From the NCBI GenBank assembly GCA_950097015.1, contig CATNEN010000033.1, positions 868,001-932,000 on the forward strand: a stretch of 64,000 bases of DNA, written 5' to 3'. This DNA comes from Macrostomum hystrix (Eukaryota; Animalia; Platyhelminthes). Shown here in pieces: positions 42,751 through 55,132 of the stretch (positions are counted from its first letter, which is position 1; every line of letters begins with the position of its first letter). Made by a program: the position numbers and the translations under genes. The notes under the pieces were generated by a model. It was not told the DNA's origin, did no database searches, and worked only from the letters and a program-made list of their open reading frames with translations.

Positions 42751-43721
42751 ATGGCCGACACGCGGTGCGTCGAAAATATACTAAACAAGTTCGCTAAGCC
42801 GCACGCCACTTCGCAGAACCTCACCGACGAGTTGCAGAGTCTGATCGCTTACTTGAACGAGACCCGCCCTGATTTTATGAAGGACAAGAAGTTGTGCACC
42901 CACGTGGTAAGCATGTCTGACAATGCCGTCAGCTTTCTGTTCAACGCCTATGGGACAAGCGAGAGAGAACATTTCTATGGTGAGCTGCTATTACTGGGTT
43001 TCAAATCTGTTTCGTACCAGATATTCTATTTTATACAATCACCCATACTCATTCACCATCATCAATGATGCCCAACAACCATTAACAGTAGACTAGTAGA
43101 GAGACCACGCTATTTTCCCCGTGGGGAAACGGGCAGGTATTTCAAATACCCACAGCCTAATAAAAATGATAGTTGCAGGAGGGCTGCGGGCAATGGCACA
43201 TCATTTGGTGACACTAGACCTGCAGCCAGCGAGGAGGCAATTCTGCCCATTTCGCTGACCGCTGAGCACACACGCATACATATACCGTACGCAGGCACAC
43301 GCTCACACATGTGTACGTCTGCCCTGACCTTCTCATTGTCAGGCAGGGTAAATTTCACTTTGCGTTGGAGGTTGGCCCTCAAGGGCGAAAATTGCAAGCC
43401 CCCAAGCCTTCTCTCCGCGGCTGCACACCAAAAGCCACATTCACCTAAAATCACTCAACCATCACAAAATCACCCGTTATCAACCACAACGACCCGCGAT
43501 TGATCCCAGAACGAGAGGTGGTTCTCGCCCTGAATTTCTTCGCCTGCCTCCTGATCGCCTTCTTCCTTGTCTGCTTCTTTTTCGCCCTGCTGGAGCCGAG
43601 CGACGCTGACCAGCTGCCGCGACAGCTGACGGCCTGGCCGAAGCTAGAGCTGGCGTCTAACTTGGCGAGAAAATCGTCTAAAGAGCCAATCGAAGTCAAG
43701 TCGAAGCAGCACATCGACTGA
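42751..43721 (+). CDS. uncharacterised single-pass membrane protein (>=146 aa; N-terminus may extend upstream)
   Basis: Exons 42751-42979 (phase 1, G|GTGAGC) and 43510-43721 (TGA). Hydrophobic stretch VVLALNFFACLLIAFFLVCFFFALL. The frame is open upstream to an acceptor at ~42715. Confidence 0.65.
43110..43445 (-). mobile_element. 5'-truncated SINE copy (same family as 19141), intronic
   Basis: Reverse complement GCGGAGAGAAGGCTTGGGGGCTTGCAATTTTCGCCCTTGAGGGCCAACCTCCAACGCAAAGTGAAA...GAGAAGGTCAGGGCAGACGTACAC matches 19236-19355. A short related fragment is at ~34148-34190. Confidence 0.75.
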
Positions 43722-43944
43722 TTGGCCGTTGATTAAAATTAACCAGAGCACCGTTATTTATGCTTCTTTTGTTTCTACTTAAAGTAGCCTGTTGCAATTT
43801 TGGCTCTTTCTGTCCTTTCCTGTAAATTCAGAGTTTCACGTTTTGACAGCACATTGCTCACCGTGACTTCAACAGATGCCCATTTTCTATCAGCGTTGAT
43901 TAGGAATAATTTCTTTCTATTCGCATGTGAGAAAATATCAGCAA

Positions 43945-44490
43945 TCCAATCTATCCCTTCACCCATGAGAATAGATTAGCAATCCAATATATCCCTTTAC
44001 CCATGAGAATAGATTAGCAATCCAATCTATCCCTTTACCCATGAGAATAGATTAGCAATCCAATCTATCCCTTCACCCATGAGAATAGATTAGCAATCCA
44101 TTCTATCCCTTTACCCATGAGAATAGATTAGCAATCCATTCTATCCCTTTACCCATGAGAATAGATTAGCAATCCATTCTATCCCTTTACCCATGAGAAT
44201 AGATTAGCAATCCATTCTATCCCTTTACCCATGAGAATAGATTAGCAATCCAATCTATCCCTTTACCCATGAGAATAGATTAGCAATCCATTCTATCCCT
44301 TCACCCATGAGAATAGATTAGCAATCCATTCTATCCCTTTACCCATGAGAATAGATTAGCAATCCAATCTATCCCTTCACCCATGAGAATAGATTAGCAA
44401 TCCAATCTATCCCTTCACCCATGAGAATAGATTAGCAATCCATTCTATCCCTTCACCCATGAGAATAGATTGGCAATCCATTCTATCATG
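43945..44490 (+). repeat. 38-bp minisatellite (CCATGAGAATAGATTAGCAATCCATTCTATCCCTTTAC), ~14 copies
   Basis: Near-identical tandem units. Confidence 0.96.
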
Positions 44491-45434
44491 AAAGTAAATA
44501 TAGTTTTTGTTATTCATTAATTGCCTGTCTGCAGCAATTAATAAGCAATCCATTAATTCTGTCACAATTCTTCATTGCGCTTAGATCATATTCTAATGAG
44601 CGGTGTGAATAGTCTGCCTACTATGTTTAATGAGCTTGTTTTGTCTAAGCCATTCCTTAGAAAATATCCCTAATGAATGCGCTAGCCCTAGTGCACTAGC
44701 GCAGGTGGATATTGTGCCTGGCAGGGTTGGGGCAATAAAGACGGATTGACTTCTTCCGCAGCTCACTGAGCTTGAGATTCCTTTGTCCAGGTAGAGCACG
44801 CATTAGAAAGGCCTGTGAACTCATTGAGCTCAGATCCCCACTCACATCTTCTCCTAAAAGTAAAAAGAGACTGGCGCCAAGAATAAAGGGGGACACGCAG
44901 GGAGAAGAGGAGAAGGAGTTTCTACGTTCCCTCGAAGTGTTTGCCCAGGAGCTGGGAAGATTTCTGCCACCCCGACCCCAAAGCAGAAAGCTTTGGTGGA
45001 CTTGTAAAACTCAGTTTTCTTTGGGCCGAAGCAAAAACAAGTTTTGCCAGGCAGCAGCCGTTGACCATCTGGGCTTTTTTTAAACGAGCGGCTTTTCGAC
45101 ACTAATTGATTTGCTTTGCCGCCACGGAAAGCTAAAGCAGAAATAATTACTTTCTAAAGCTATGAGGAAACTTCGTTTCGCTAAGAATGTGAAGGCGCGA
45201 ACTAGTTTTCTATTTGTGTTTCGTAAAACTTCTTGTTAAATTTAATAAAATTTCCGGATTAAAAATAACGATAGCAAAGATGAGTTGGAAATTAATTCTT
45301 TTTCTTGGAGTGCGTTCAAAGTCATTTCATAGAATGTGTATGGCTGAACTTTAAAAAGGAATCAGAATAACAATGACATGACATTGGATCATAAGCGTAT
45401 GAGTCAAAGCAGTGCTTCAGAACTCCCACTCTAC

Positions 45435-48105
45435 TCAATCCCAGGATTTTGATCCCAGTCTAATAAATCCTAGGATTTTGATCCCAGTCTAATAAATCCC
45501 AGGATTTTGATCCCATTCTACTGAATCCTAGGATTTTGATCCCATTCTACTGAATCCTAGGATTTTGATCCCATTCTACTGAATCCTAGGATTTTGATCC
45601 CATTCTACTGAATCCTAGGATTTTGATCCCATTCTACTGAATCCTAGGATTTTGATCCCAGTCTAATAAATCCCAGGATTTTTATCCAATTCTACTAAAT
45701 CCTAGGATTTTGATCCCATTCTACTGAATCCCAGGATTTTGATTCCAGTCTAATAAATCCTAGGATTTTGATCCCATTCTACTGAATCCTAGGATTTTGA
45801 TCCCATTCTACTGAATCCTAGGATTTTGATCCCATTCTACTGAATCCTAAGATTTTGATTCCAGTCTAATAAATCCTAGGATTTTGATCCCATTCTACTA
45901 AATCCTAGGATTTTGATCCCAGTCTAATAAATCCCAGGATTTTGATCCCATTCTAATAAATCCTAGGATTTTGATCCCATTCTACTAAATCCTAGGATTT
46001 TGATCCCATTCTACTGAATCCCAGGATTTTGATCCCATTCTACTAAATCCCTGGATTTTGATCCCATTCTACTGAATCCTAGGATTTTGATTCCATTCTA
46101 CTAAATCCTAGGATTTTGATCCCATTCTACTGAATCCTAGGATTTTGATCCCATTCTACTGAATCCTAGGATTTTGATTCCAGTCTAATAAATCCTAGGA
46201 TTTTGATCCCATTCTACTAAATCCTAGGATTTTGATCCCATTCTACTAAATCCTAGGATTTTGATCCCATTCTACTGAATCCTAGGATTTTGATCCCATT
46301 CTACTGAATCCTAAGATTTTGATTCCAGTCTAATAAATCCTAGGATTTTGATCCCATTCTACTGAATCCTAGGATTTTGATCCCAGTCTAATAAATCCCA
46401 GGATTTTGATCCCAGTCTAATAAATCTTAGGATTTTGATCCCATTCTACTAAATCCTAGGATTTTGATCCCATTCTACTGAATCCTAGGATTTTGATCCC
46501 ATTCTACTGAATCCTAGGATTTTGATCCCAGTCTAATAAATCCCAGGATTTTTATCCCATTCTAATAAATCCTAGGATTTTGATTCCATTCTACTGAATC
46601 CTAGGATTTTGATCCCATTCTACTAAATCCTAGGATTTTGATCCCATTCTACTGAATCCTAGGATTTTGATCCCATTCTACTGAATCCTAGGATTTTGAT
46701 TCCAGTCTAATAAATCCTAGGATTTTGATCCCATTCTACTAAATCCTAGGATTTTGATCCCATTCTACTAAATCCTAAGATTTTGATTCCAGTCTAATAA
46801 ATCCTAGGATTTTGATCCCATTCTACTGAATCCTAGGATTTTGATCCCATACTACTGAATCCTAGGATTTTGATCCCATTCTACTGAATCCTAGGATTTT
46901 GATCCCATTCTACTGAATCCTAGGATTTTGATCCCATTCTACTGAATCCTAGGATTTTGATCCCATTCTACTGAATCCTAGGATTTTGATCCCATTCTAC
47001 TGAATCCTAGGATTTTGATCCCATTCTACTGAATCCTAAGATTTTGATTCCAGTCTAATAAATCCTAGGATTTTGATCCCATTCTACTGAATCCTAGGAT
47101 TTTAATCCCATTCTACTGAATCCTAGGATTTTGATCCCATTCTACTGAATCCTAGGATTTTGATCCCATTCTACTGAATCCTAGGATTTTGATCCCATTC
47201 TACTAAATCCTAGGATTTTGATCCCATTCTACTGAATCCTAGGATTTTGATCCCATTCTACTGAATCCTAGGATTTTGATCCCATTCTACTGAATCCTAG
47301 GATTTTGATCCCATTCTACTGAATCCTAAGATTTTGATCCCATTCTACTAAATCCTAGGATTTTGATCCCATTCTACTGAATCCTAGGATTTTGATCCCA
47401 TTCTACTGAATCCCAGGATTTTGATCCCATTCTACTGAATCCTAGGATTTTGATCCCATTCTACTGAATCCTAGGATTTTTATCCCATTCTACTGAATCC
47501 TAAGATTTTGATTCCAGTCTAATAAATCCTAGGATTTTGATCCCATTCTACTGAATCCTAGGATTTTGATCCCATTCTACTGAATCCTAGGATTTTGATC
47601 CCATTCTACTAAATCCTAGGATTTTGATCCCATTCTACTGAATCCTAGGATTTTGATCCCATTCTACTAAATCCTAGGATTTTGATCCCATTCTACTGAA
47701 TCCCAGGATTTTGATCCCATTCTACTAAATCCCTGGATTTTGATCCCATTCTACTGAATCCTAAGATTTTGATTCCAGTCTAATAAATCCTAGGATTTTG
47801 ATCCCATTCTACTAAATCCTAGGATTTTGATCCCATTCTACTGAATCCTAGGATTTTGATCCCATTCTACTAAATCCTAGGATTTTGATCCCATTCTACT
47901 GAATCCTAGGATTTTGATCCCATTCTACTGAATCCTAGGATTTTGATCCCATTCTACTGAATCCTAGGATTTTGATTCCAGTCTAATAAATCCTAGGATT
48001 TTGATCCCATTCTACTAAATCCTAGGATTTTGATCCCAGTCTAATAAATCCCAGGATTTTGATCCCAGTCTAATAAATCCTAGGATTTTGATCCCATTCT
48101 ACTAA
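45435..48105 (+). repeat. 29-bp satellite (AATCCTAGGATTTTGATCCCATTCTACTG), ~90 copies
   Basis: Largest array in the window; two unit variants are interspersed. Confidence 0.98.
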
Positions 48106-48179
48106 TTGGGATCGAATCCTTGAATCACAAAACCCCTGTCAAAAAGATCCCTAGTTCTCAGTTCTATAATGAAGCGCCG

Positions 48180-48920
48180 AGATTGTGATGTTGATTGTGA
48201 TGTAGAATGTGATGTAGAATGTGATGTAGAATGTGATGTAGAATGTGATGTAGAATGTGATGTAGAATGTGATGTAGAATGTGATGTAGATTGTGATGTA
48301 GAATGTGATGTAGAATGTGATGTAGATTGTGATGTAGATTGTGATGTAGAATGTGATGTAGATTGTGATGTAGAATGTGATGTAGAATGTGATGTAGAAT
48401 GTGATGTAGAATGTGATGTAGAATGTGATGTAGAATGTGATGTAGAATGTGATGTAGAATGTGATGTAGAATGTGATGTAGAATGTGATGTAGAATGTGA
48501 TGTAGAATGTGATGTAGAATGTGATGTAGAATGTGATGTAGAATGTGATGTAGAATGTGATGTAGATTTTGATGTAGAATGTGATGTAGAATGTGATGTA
48601 GATTGTGATGTAGAATGTGATGTAGAATGTGATGTAGATTGTGATGTAGATTGTGATGTAGAATGTGATGTAGATTGTGATGTAGAATGTGATGTAGAAT
48701 GTGATGTAGAATGTGAAGTTGAATGTGATGTAGAATGTGATTTAGAATGTGAAGTTGAATATGATGTAGAATGTAATGTAGAATGTGATGTAGAATGTGA
48801 TGTAGATTGTGATGTAGAATATGGTGTAGAATGTGATGTAGAATGTGATGTAGAATGTGATGTAGATTGTGATGTAGAATATGGTGTAGAATGTGATGTA
48901 GAATATGTTGTAGAATGTGC
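48180..48920 (+). repeat. 12-bp minisatellite (TGTGATGTAGAA), ~60 copies
   Basis: Tandem units; source of the spurious His/Ser-Thr and DVEC ORFs. Confidence 0.97.
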
Positions 48921-49263
48921 ATACGGTAGTTTCAAATACGCAATGCATAAAAAAACTGCTGCAATAACTTTGCGACGCTTGTGAGGTCTGCGCAGCGCAT
49001 TTCCTATTGCGATATAAGCAGATAATACAGTATTGGGCGTACAACAATAGCCTTCCGCTGGGTAAGAAGTTCGTTTCGATGCGTGATAAATAGGTGAAGC
49101 TCTTAAAAAAAACAATTTTGCATCAAATCGGGTTTTGTTTTCTTTTTTGAGTTGCTTTGTTGAGAAGCGAGGAACAAAATTGTCTGCTTTGAGTGCGGCC
49201 GTGGCTTCAGGAACTGCAACGGATTCGATCCTTAGGTAGCTCGTATAATGCGTGTATTCCATG

Positions 49264-49425
49264 CATTCTATTCTATTCTATTCTATTCTATTCTATTATA
49301 TTCTATTCTATTCTATTCTATTCTATTCTTTTCTATTCTATTCTATTCTATTCTATTCTATTCTATTCTATTCTATTCTATTCTATTCTATTCTATTCTA
49401 TTCTATTCTATTCTATTCTATTCTA
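49264..49425 (+). repeat. (TTCTA)n microsatellite
   Basis: Pentamer repeat. Confidence 0.97.
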
Positions 49426-49523
49426 CTGTTTTGAAGCCAAGTAGAGACACAGAGACAGGGAGAGATAAGAGAGGCTTAGAGTTATAGGGAACTAAAAACT
49501 CAGACGCAAATGCCGACAGTCCG

Positions 49524-52500
49524 TCAAAAACAGTTGATATTGGACTTGTCCGACTTCTCGCCGGACGAAGCAGTTTTTTTACCGTCGCCGCCAGCTGACG
49601 CGGTTGCCGATGAAGCGGCTGCAGCCTCGCCGCCAGACGATTTTCCGCCAGCCTCCGCCGAGCTCGAAGTCGCAGCCAGCTGGTTGGCGCTGCCGGATGA
49701 GGCCACGCCGTCCGGGCAGTCCACCAGCGGTATGGCAATGTCCTGCGGCGACCAGGCCGGCAGGCGGAGGTCCAGCTTGGTGGCGAGTGTGGCTGGCAGC
49801 AGTCGGCCAGCGATGTAGTGCCTCCGACCGGTGAAATCCAATGAACACCGCTTCGGCAGCAGCAACGAGATCAGCGTGTCCGGGCGCAGATAATGCTGAC
49901 CTCCGCCTGAACCAGTCGGCGCCTTGTCCGCCTCCCAGCCTGCAAGGAATCGGCGAAGTTCAGCCCCCTTGTTGCTTCAGTCAAGTGGCTGGCATGTCCG
50001 GCCATCGATAAGTAGTGGCTGTGGCAGCCCGGAATGCAGTGGTGCAACTGCCCGGAACGGGGTGGTGGGTGCCACAACCCTAAATGGGGTGGTGTGTGCC
50101 GCAGCCAGGAATGAGGTAAGGGGTCCCACAGTCAAGAGTAAGGTGGTAGTTGCCGCAGCTTGGAATGGGGTGGTGGTGCCGCGGCTTGGAATGGGCTGGT
50201 CTGTGCCGCGGCTTGGAATGGGGTGGTGGGTGCCGCGGCTATGAATGGGTGGCACAGCCCGGAATGTGATGGTTAATTCTTTAGCCCAGAATGGGGTGGT
50301 GGGTGCCATGGCCCGGAATTGGCGGGTGCCGTTTCTGCAAGCCCAGTGGGTTGCATGAGTCAATTCGGGGTTCAAAGCGTAATAGGTTGGATGACTGGCA
50401 GTCTCCGTTTTGTTGTTTATCACTGCCCAGGCTGAGTGGCTCGTCCACAGTCTGATGTATTAGTTACTGTAGCTGCTGCCTCAGGCCTGCCCCGCTGTGC
50501 GCATTAATTATGCAGCGATTCACCAGAAGTGCATCCAGAAATCGAATCAACTATTAACGCAACCGTCAATCGCAACCGGCAATATTTGCATTCTCAGCTG
50601 TTTCTTGTATAAAAATGCATATTTTTTAGCCCCCTTGCTTTTTTCATTCACGGACGGCGCGAAACCAAAGTCTAACGAAATATACATAGGGAGGGAAAAG
50701 TCTGGGACAATTAACATTAATGTGATTGATTCTGCAAACATCCTCTAAATGTTATTTGCTTCCGATGTAATGCTTCACAGCTGCGACTTTTTCTATTTCT
50801 AAGTTGATACTTGCCCTTTGCTATCGCGCCATTTTAGAAGTCTCTCGGTGTCCAAATTCACGAAATGCAAATTCACACTGATATTTCGTCCTTCTCTCCC
50901 TGTCTCCTCTCCTCCCTTTCTCCCTCTTTCCATCTCAACTCTCCTGCCACTCTCCTCTCGTCTATCTCTTCTTTTTCCTTCGATCCTCTCCTCTCTCCTC
51001 TTCTCCATCTCTTCTCACTTTCTCTCTCATCTCCTTCCTCTCTCATCTTATCCCTAAACGTGAGCACAGCATCCCTCCCCATTCCTACCGCTGGGCACAT
51101 CGATGCTGACCACTGGCACGGCAGTCTCGGTCAGCTTCTGGAGTACATCGGCCAGATCCGGCCTCACCGGCGCCTGGAAGGTGTGCCCGAACAGGGCGTC
51201 AACAATGAGGCAGTAGCTGTGGTCCAGCACCTGCACATCGCCTGGCATGTAGCTCAGGAATGGGATGTCCATCTTCTCACACTGGCCTAGTAGGCCCCGG
51301 TAGGCAGCTTTGGCCGGCGTCTTCGGGTAGAACACCGTCAGCTTGTAGCCCTGCGGGTAGATTGAGAACTGGGGATTGTACAGCCTGAAACTGAAGGGTT
51401 GTACAGCCTGATACTGGGGGTTGTACAACCTGAAACTGGAGGGTTGTACAACCTGAAACTGGAGGGTTGTACAACCTGAAACTGGAGGGTTGTACAACCT
51501 GAAACTGGAGGGTTGTACAGCCTGAAACTGGAGGGTTGTACAGCCTGAAACTGGAGGGTTGTACAGCCTGATACTGGGGGTTGTACAGCCTGATACTGGA
51601 GGGTTGTACAGCCTGAAACTGAAGGGTTGTACAGCCTGAAACTGGAGGGTTGTACAGCCTGATACTGGGGGTTGTACAACCTGAAACTGGAGGGTTGTAC
51701 AGCCTGATACTGGGGGTTGTACAACCTGAAACTGGAGGGTTGTACAGCCTGAAACTGGAGGGTTGTACAGCCTGAAACTGAAGGGTTGTACAGCCTGAAA
51801 CTGGAGGGTTGTACAGCCTGATACTGGGGGTTGTACAACCTGAAACTGGAGGGTTGTACAGCCTGATACTGGGGGTTGTACAACCTGAAACTGGAGGGTT
51901 GTACAGCCTGATACTGGGGGTTGTACAACCTGAAACTGGAGGGTTGTACAGCCTGAAACTGGAGGGTTGTACAGCCTGAAACTGGGGGTTGTACAGCCTG
52001 AAACTGGAGGGTTGTACAGCCTGATACTGGGGGTTGTACAACCTGAAACTGGAGGGTTGTACAGCCTGATACTGGGGATTGTACAACCTGAAACTGGAGG
52101 GTTGTACAGCCTGATACTGGGGGTTGTACAACCTGAAACTGGAGGGTTGTACAGCCTGATACTGGAGGGTTGTACAGCCTGATACTGGGGGTTGTACAGC
52201 CTGATACTGGGGGTTGTACAGCCTGAAACTGGAGGGTTGTACAGCCTGAAACTGGAGGGTTGTACAGCCTGATACTGGGGGTTGTACAACCTGAAACTGG
52301 AGGGTTGTACAGCCTGAAACTGGAGGATTGTACAGCCTGAAACTGGAGGGTTGTACAGTCTGAAACTGGAGGGTTGTACAGCCTGAAACTGGAGGGTTGT
52401 ACAACCTGAAACTGGAGGGTTGTACAGCCTGAAACTGGAGGGTTGTACAGCCTGATACTGGGGGTTGTACAGCCTGAAACTGGAGGGTTGTACAACCTGA

Positions 52501-55132
52501 AACTGGAGGGTTGTACAGCCTGAAACTGGAGGGTTGTACAGCCTGAAACTGGAGGGTTGTACAGTCTGAAACTGGAGGGTTGTACAGCCTGAAACTGGAG
52601 GATTGTACAGCCTGAAACTGGAGGGTTGTACAGTCTGAAACTGGAGGATTGTACAGCCTGAAACTGGAGGGTTGTGCAGCCTTGAACTGAAAACTGAAAC
52701 ACAGCATTATTAATGTACTTCTAATATTTTGAGTGATTTTTATAAGACGACCGTTGAGAAGTGTTTCGCGGCTTGACAGCTGAGTACTTGCTCACTAGGT
52801 CGAAAATCATTCAATTTTGCTTACGACACACCCAAGATACAAGGGCTTCCGTTAATTTCTGATGAGGCAGCGAAGTTTCAAATGCCACTCAAGTGAAGGC
52901 AAAAAAGCGTGGGAGTGACGGACCCACAAGAGTTCAGTTGAGTTTCTCAGCCATAGAATCGATTGCTCAGTGAGAATTTCTCATCGATCGGTAGCAGCAG
53001 AAACTCTTGCTGCTCGAATCTCTCCTAGGAGCAAGCGAAGCAGTGCTGTGGAAATGCAGAAAATTCGCAAAAGCGAAGCCGGGACTGCAGCGGCATCCTT
53101 GTCCCGGCTGCCAGGAAACAGTAAATATTGCATTAGTCATTTCGACAAGCGACACGCTGCAGTTCCCGCCGCTGCTCCAAGTTGGACTGAGGGGGGAATG
53201 AGGACTCCAGGACGCGAGCCGAATTCCCTTAGGGATTTCAGCTTTCACTTCTTTGGTGGCGCGAGAGGTGAGCTGGCCCCGGCCCGCCTCATCCCCGCCT
53301 CTACTGGACTAAATAGGCGGAACTGAGAGCTGCGCGTAACCTGACCCGCTCCTCTTTCCCGTCTTCTGATTCTTCTACTTATTCCTATTTGCTCTTTTTA
53401 TTTTCCAGACTCCTGTCGTATCCCCTGTCTTTCCAGCTGGCCAAGTCGCAGAGATAAGTATTCTGAGGTCACGTGATGCATACGGTGCTGCTGCTGCTGC
53501 TGCTGCTGCTCCAGTATCGGAGATTCCATCCTTCGGGGGAGGCCGCACTTTTAGTTAATTCTCTCTTCCTCTCCGGCCAGTGACTTATTGAGGGCCTATT
53601 GATAGTAGAGATGGCCTATCGAACGGATGAGAACTGGAGACAGCGGCAGGTACCCCGGGTTTGAACTAGTTCAGGTTTTTTAGTATCCTCGAACCACTCA
53701 GTAATACTGCTCTACTATACTCGTATGTCTCTCTTTCACTGTTATTTTCCAGGTTAATGGCTTCAAGCAATATTTTACTTGGAGCAACTGAAAATTCGTG
53801 CAAGAAATGAACCCTCGAGTATACTAGTCTAAATATCCTCATTTTTGTGATTGCCCACTGGTGCGTCAATTCTGGGGTTTAACCTATCGAAACCTAATCT
53901 TTGGGAATTTATGGCTGCGGACACTTAACATGAAGTTATGGAGGTCAGGAGACGCTGACTAACTTGAAGCCTGGACAGTATTTAGGGACAGCAGCCAATC
54001 AGCAAAGATCAGGGGGGCAGAGAGCAGCCGATCATTAAAATTTAGGGGTGGGCAGACAGGAGCCAATCATGAAGATTGGGGGGATAGAGAGCAGCCAATC
54101 ATGAATCGCCAATCAGGAGAAGGCAGAACAATCAGTGTGTGGCAGCCGGCCACTCACGAACAGTTTGAGGTATCTGGCGCAGACCAGACCGAAGCCGCCA
54201 TTGTTGCCTGGCCCGCAGCAAACTAGGAGGGCGCCGTCCCGCTGAAGCGACTCCCTGGGATAGATGCGGGCGAAGGCGAGGGCCGCGCTTAGTCCACAGT
54301 GCTCAAGCAGCTGGTCGAGGCTCAGCGAGTACTCAGTGAGGAGCTCCGATTCAATGTGCTGTGCTTGCTGGCGCCTGAGGGAGATCGAAGGTCAAAGGGA
54401 TTAAAATGGACAAACGGTTGACAAGGCTCACAGTTTTGAGATCCGCGCTTAAAATGGGATTTTTTCTCTAATTACTTAGAACCCAAATTTTAGACCCCAC
54501 CTCCTGATCCTCAGGCTGGGCTGCTCCCCTCACGTCCTGATCCTCAGGCTGGGCTGCTCCCCTCACCTCCTGATCTTCTGGCTGGGCTGCTACCCCACCT
54601 CCTGATCTTCAGGCTGGGCTGCTCCCCTCACCTCCTGATCCTCAGGCTGGGCTGCTAACCTCACCTCCTGATCCTCAGGCTGGGCTGCTCCCCTCACCTC
54701 CTGATCTTCAGGCTGGGCTGCTACCCTCACCTCCTGACCTTCAGGCTGTGCTGCTCCCCTCACCTCCTGATCTTCAGGCTGGGCTGTTCCCCTCACCTCC
54801 TGATCTTCAGGCTGGGCTGCTCCCCCTCACTCCTGCTGCTATCAGACAAGCTGAGCTCACGTGACAAACGAGCATTTCTGCGTCAGGTCCTCGGCCTCCT
54901 TCTTGGCGGCCTTCTGTGATTTCTTCCTGAAGCTGAATCGAAACCTGCCGCTGGCGGTCCGGCTGTGCCCGTCCTGGTTCGGCGAGTGCTGGTCCTTGCG
55001 ACCACCAGTAGCCGGCAGGCTGGCGAACGGCAACGCGGCGTCCCCGGCACCGACGGCGGGCTGAGACGCAGCGTTGGCCGCCGCAGTGCCGACGGAAGCG
55101 GCGACGTCCTTGGTTGCCTCTGGTTCGGCCAT
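49524..55132 (-). CDS. NAD(P)H-hydrate epimerase (NAXE/AIBP, YjeF_N) family protein, divergent, ~388 aa
   Basis: Phase-consistent exons 55132-54861, 54374-54158, 51350-51089, 49939-49524. Sequence ELLTEYSLSLDQLLEHCGLSAA...CCGPGNNGGFGLVCARYLKLF|GYKLTVFYPK...QCEKMDIPFL...IVDALFG...VVSIDVPSG|W...RPDTLISLLLPK...FTGRRHYIAGR is colinear with NAXE. Confidence 0.9.
50030..50340 (+). repeat. degenerate GC-rich ~28-30 bp repeat (GGAATGGGGTGGTGG(G)TGCCGCGGCTT)
   Basis: About 8 loose units in the last intron of the NAXE-like gene. Confidence 0.7.
51372..52700 (+). repeat. 23-bp minisatellite (GGAGGGTTGTACAGCCTGAAACT), ~57 copies
   Basis: Ends ~20 nt from the minus-strand acceptor at 51351. Confidence 0.97.
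54495..54835 (+). repeat. 33-bp minisatellite (CCTCACCTCCTGATCTTCAGGCTGGGCTGCTCC), ~10 copies
   Basis: Tandem units in the first coding intron of the NAXE-like gene. Confidence 0.95.

Noticed and set aside
44593-45110. Overlapping short ORFs, possibly a retroelement remnant
   Set aside because: No diagnostic integrase or RT motif could be confirmed.
52967-53660. ORFs and a (CTG)n tract within intron 2 of the NAXE-like gene
   Set aside because: No homology cue and no strong splice sites; the flanking NAXE exons already join in phase without it.
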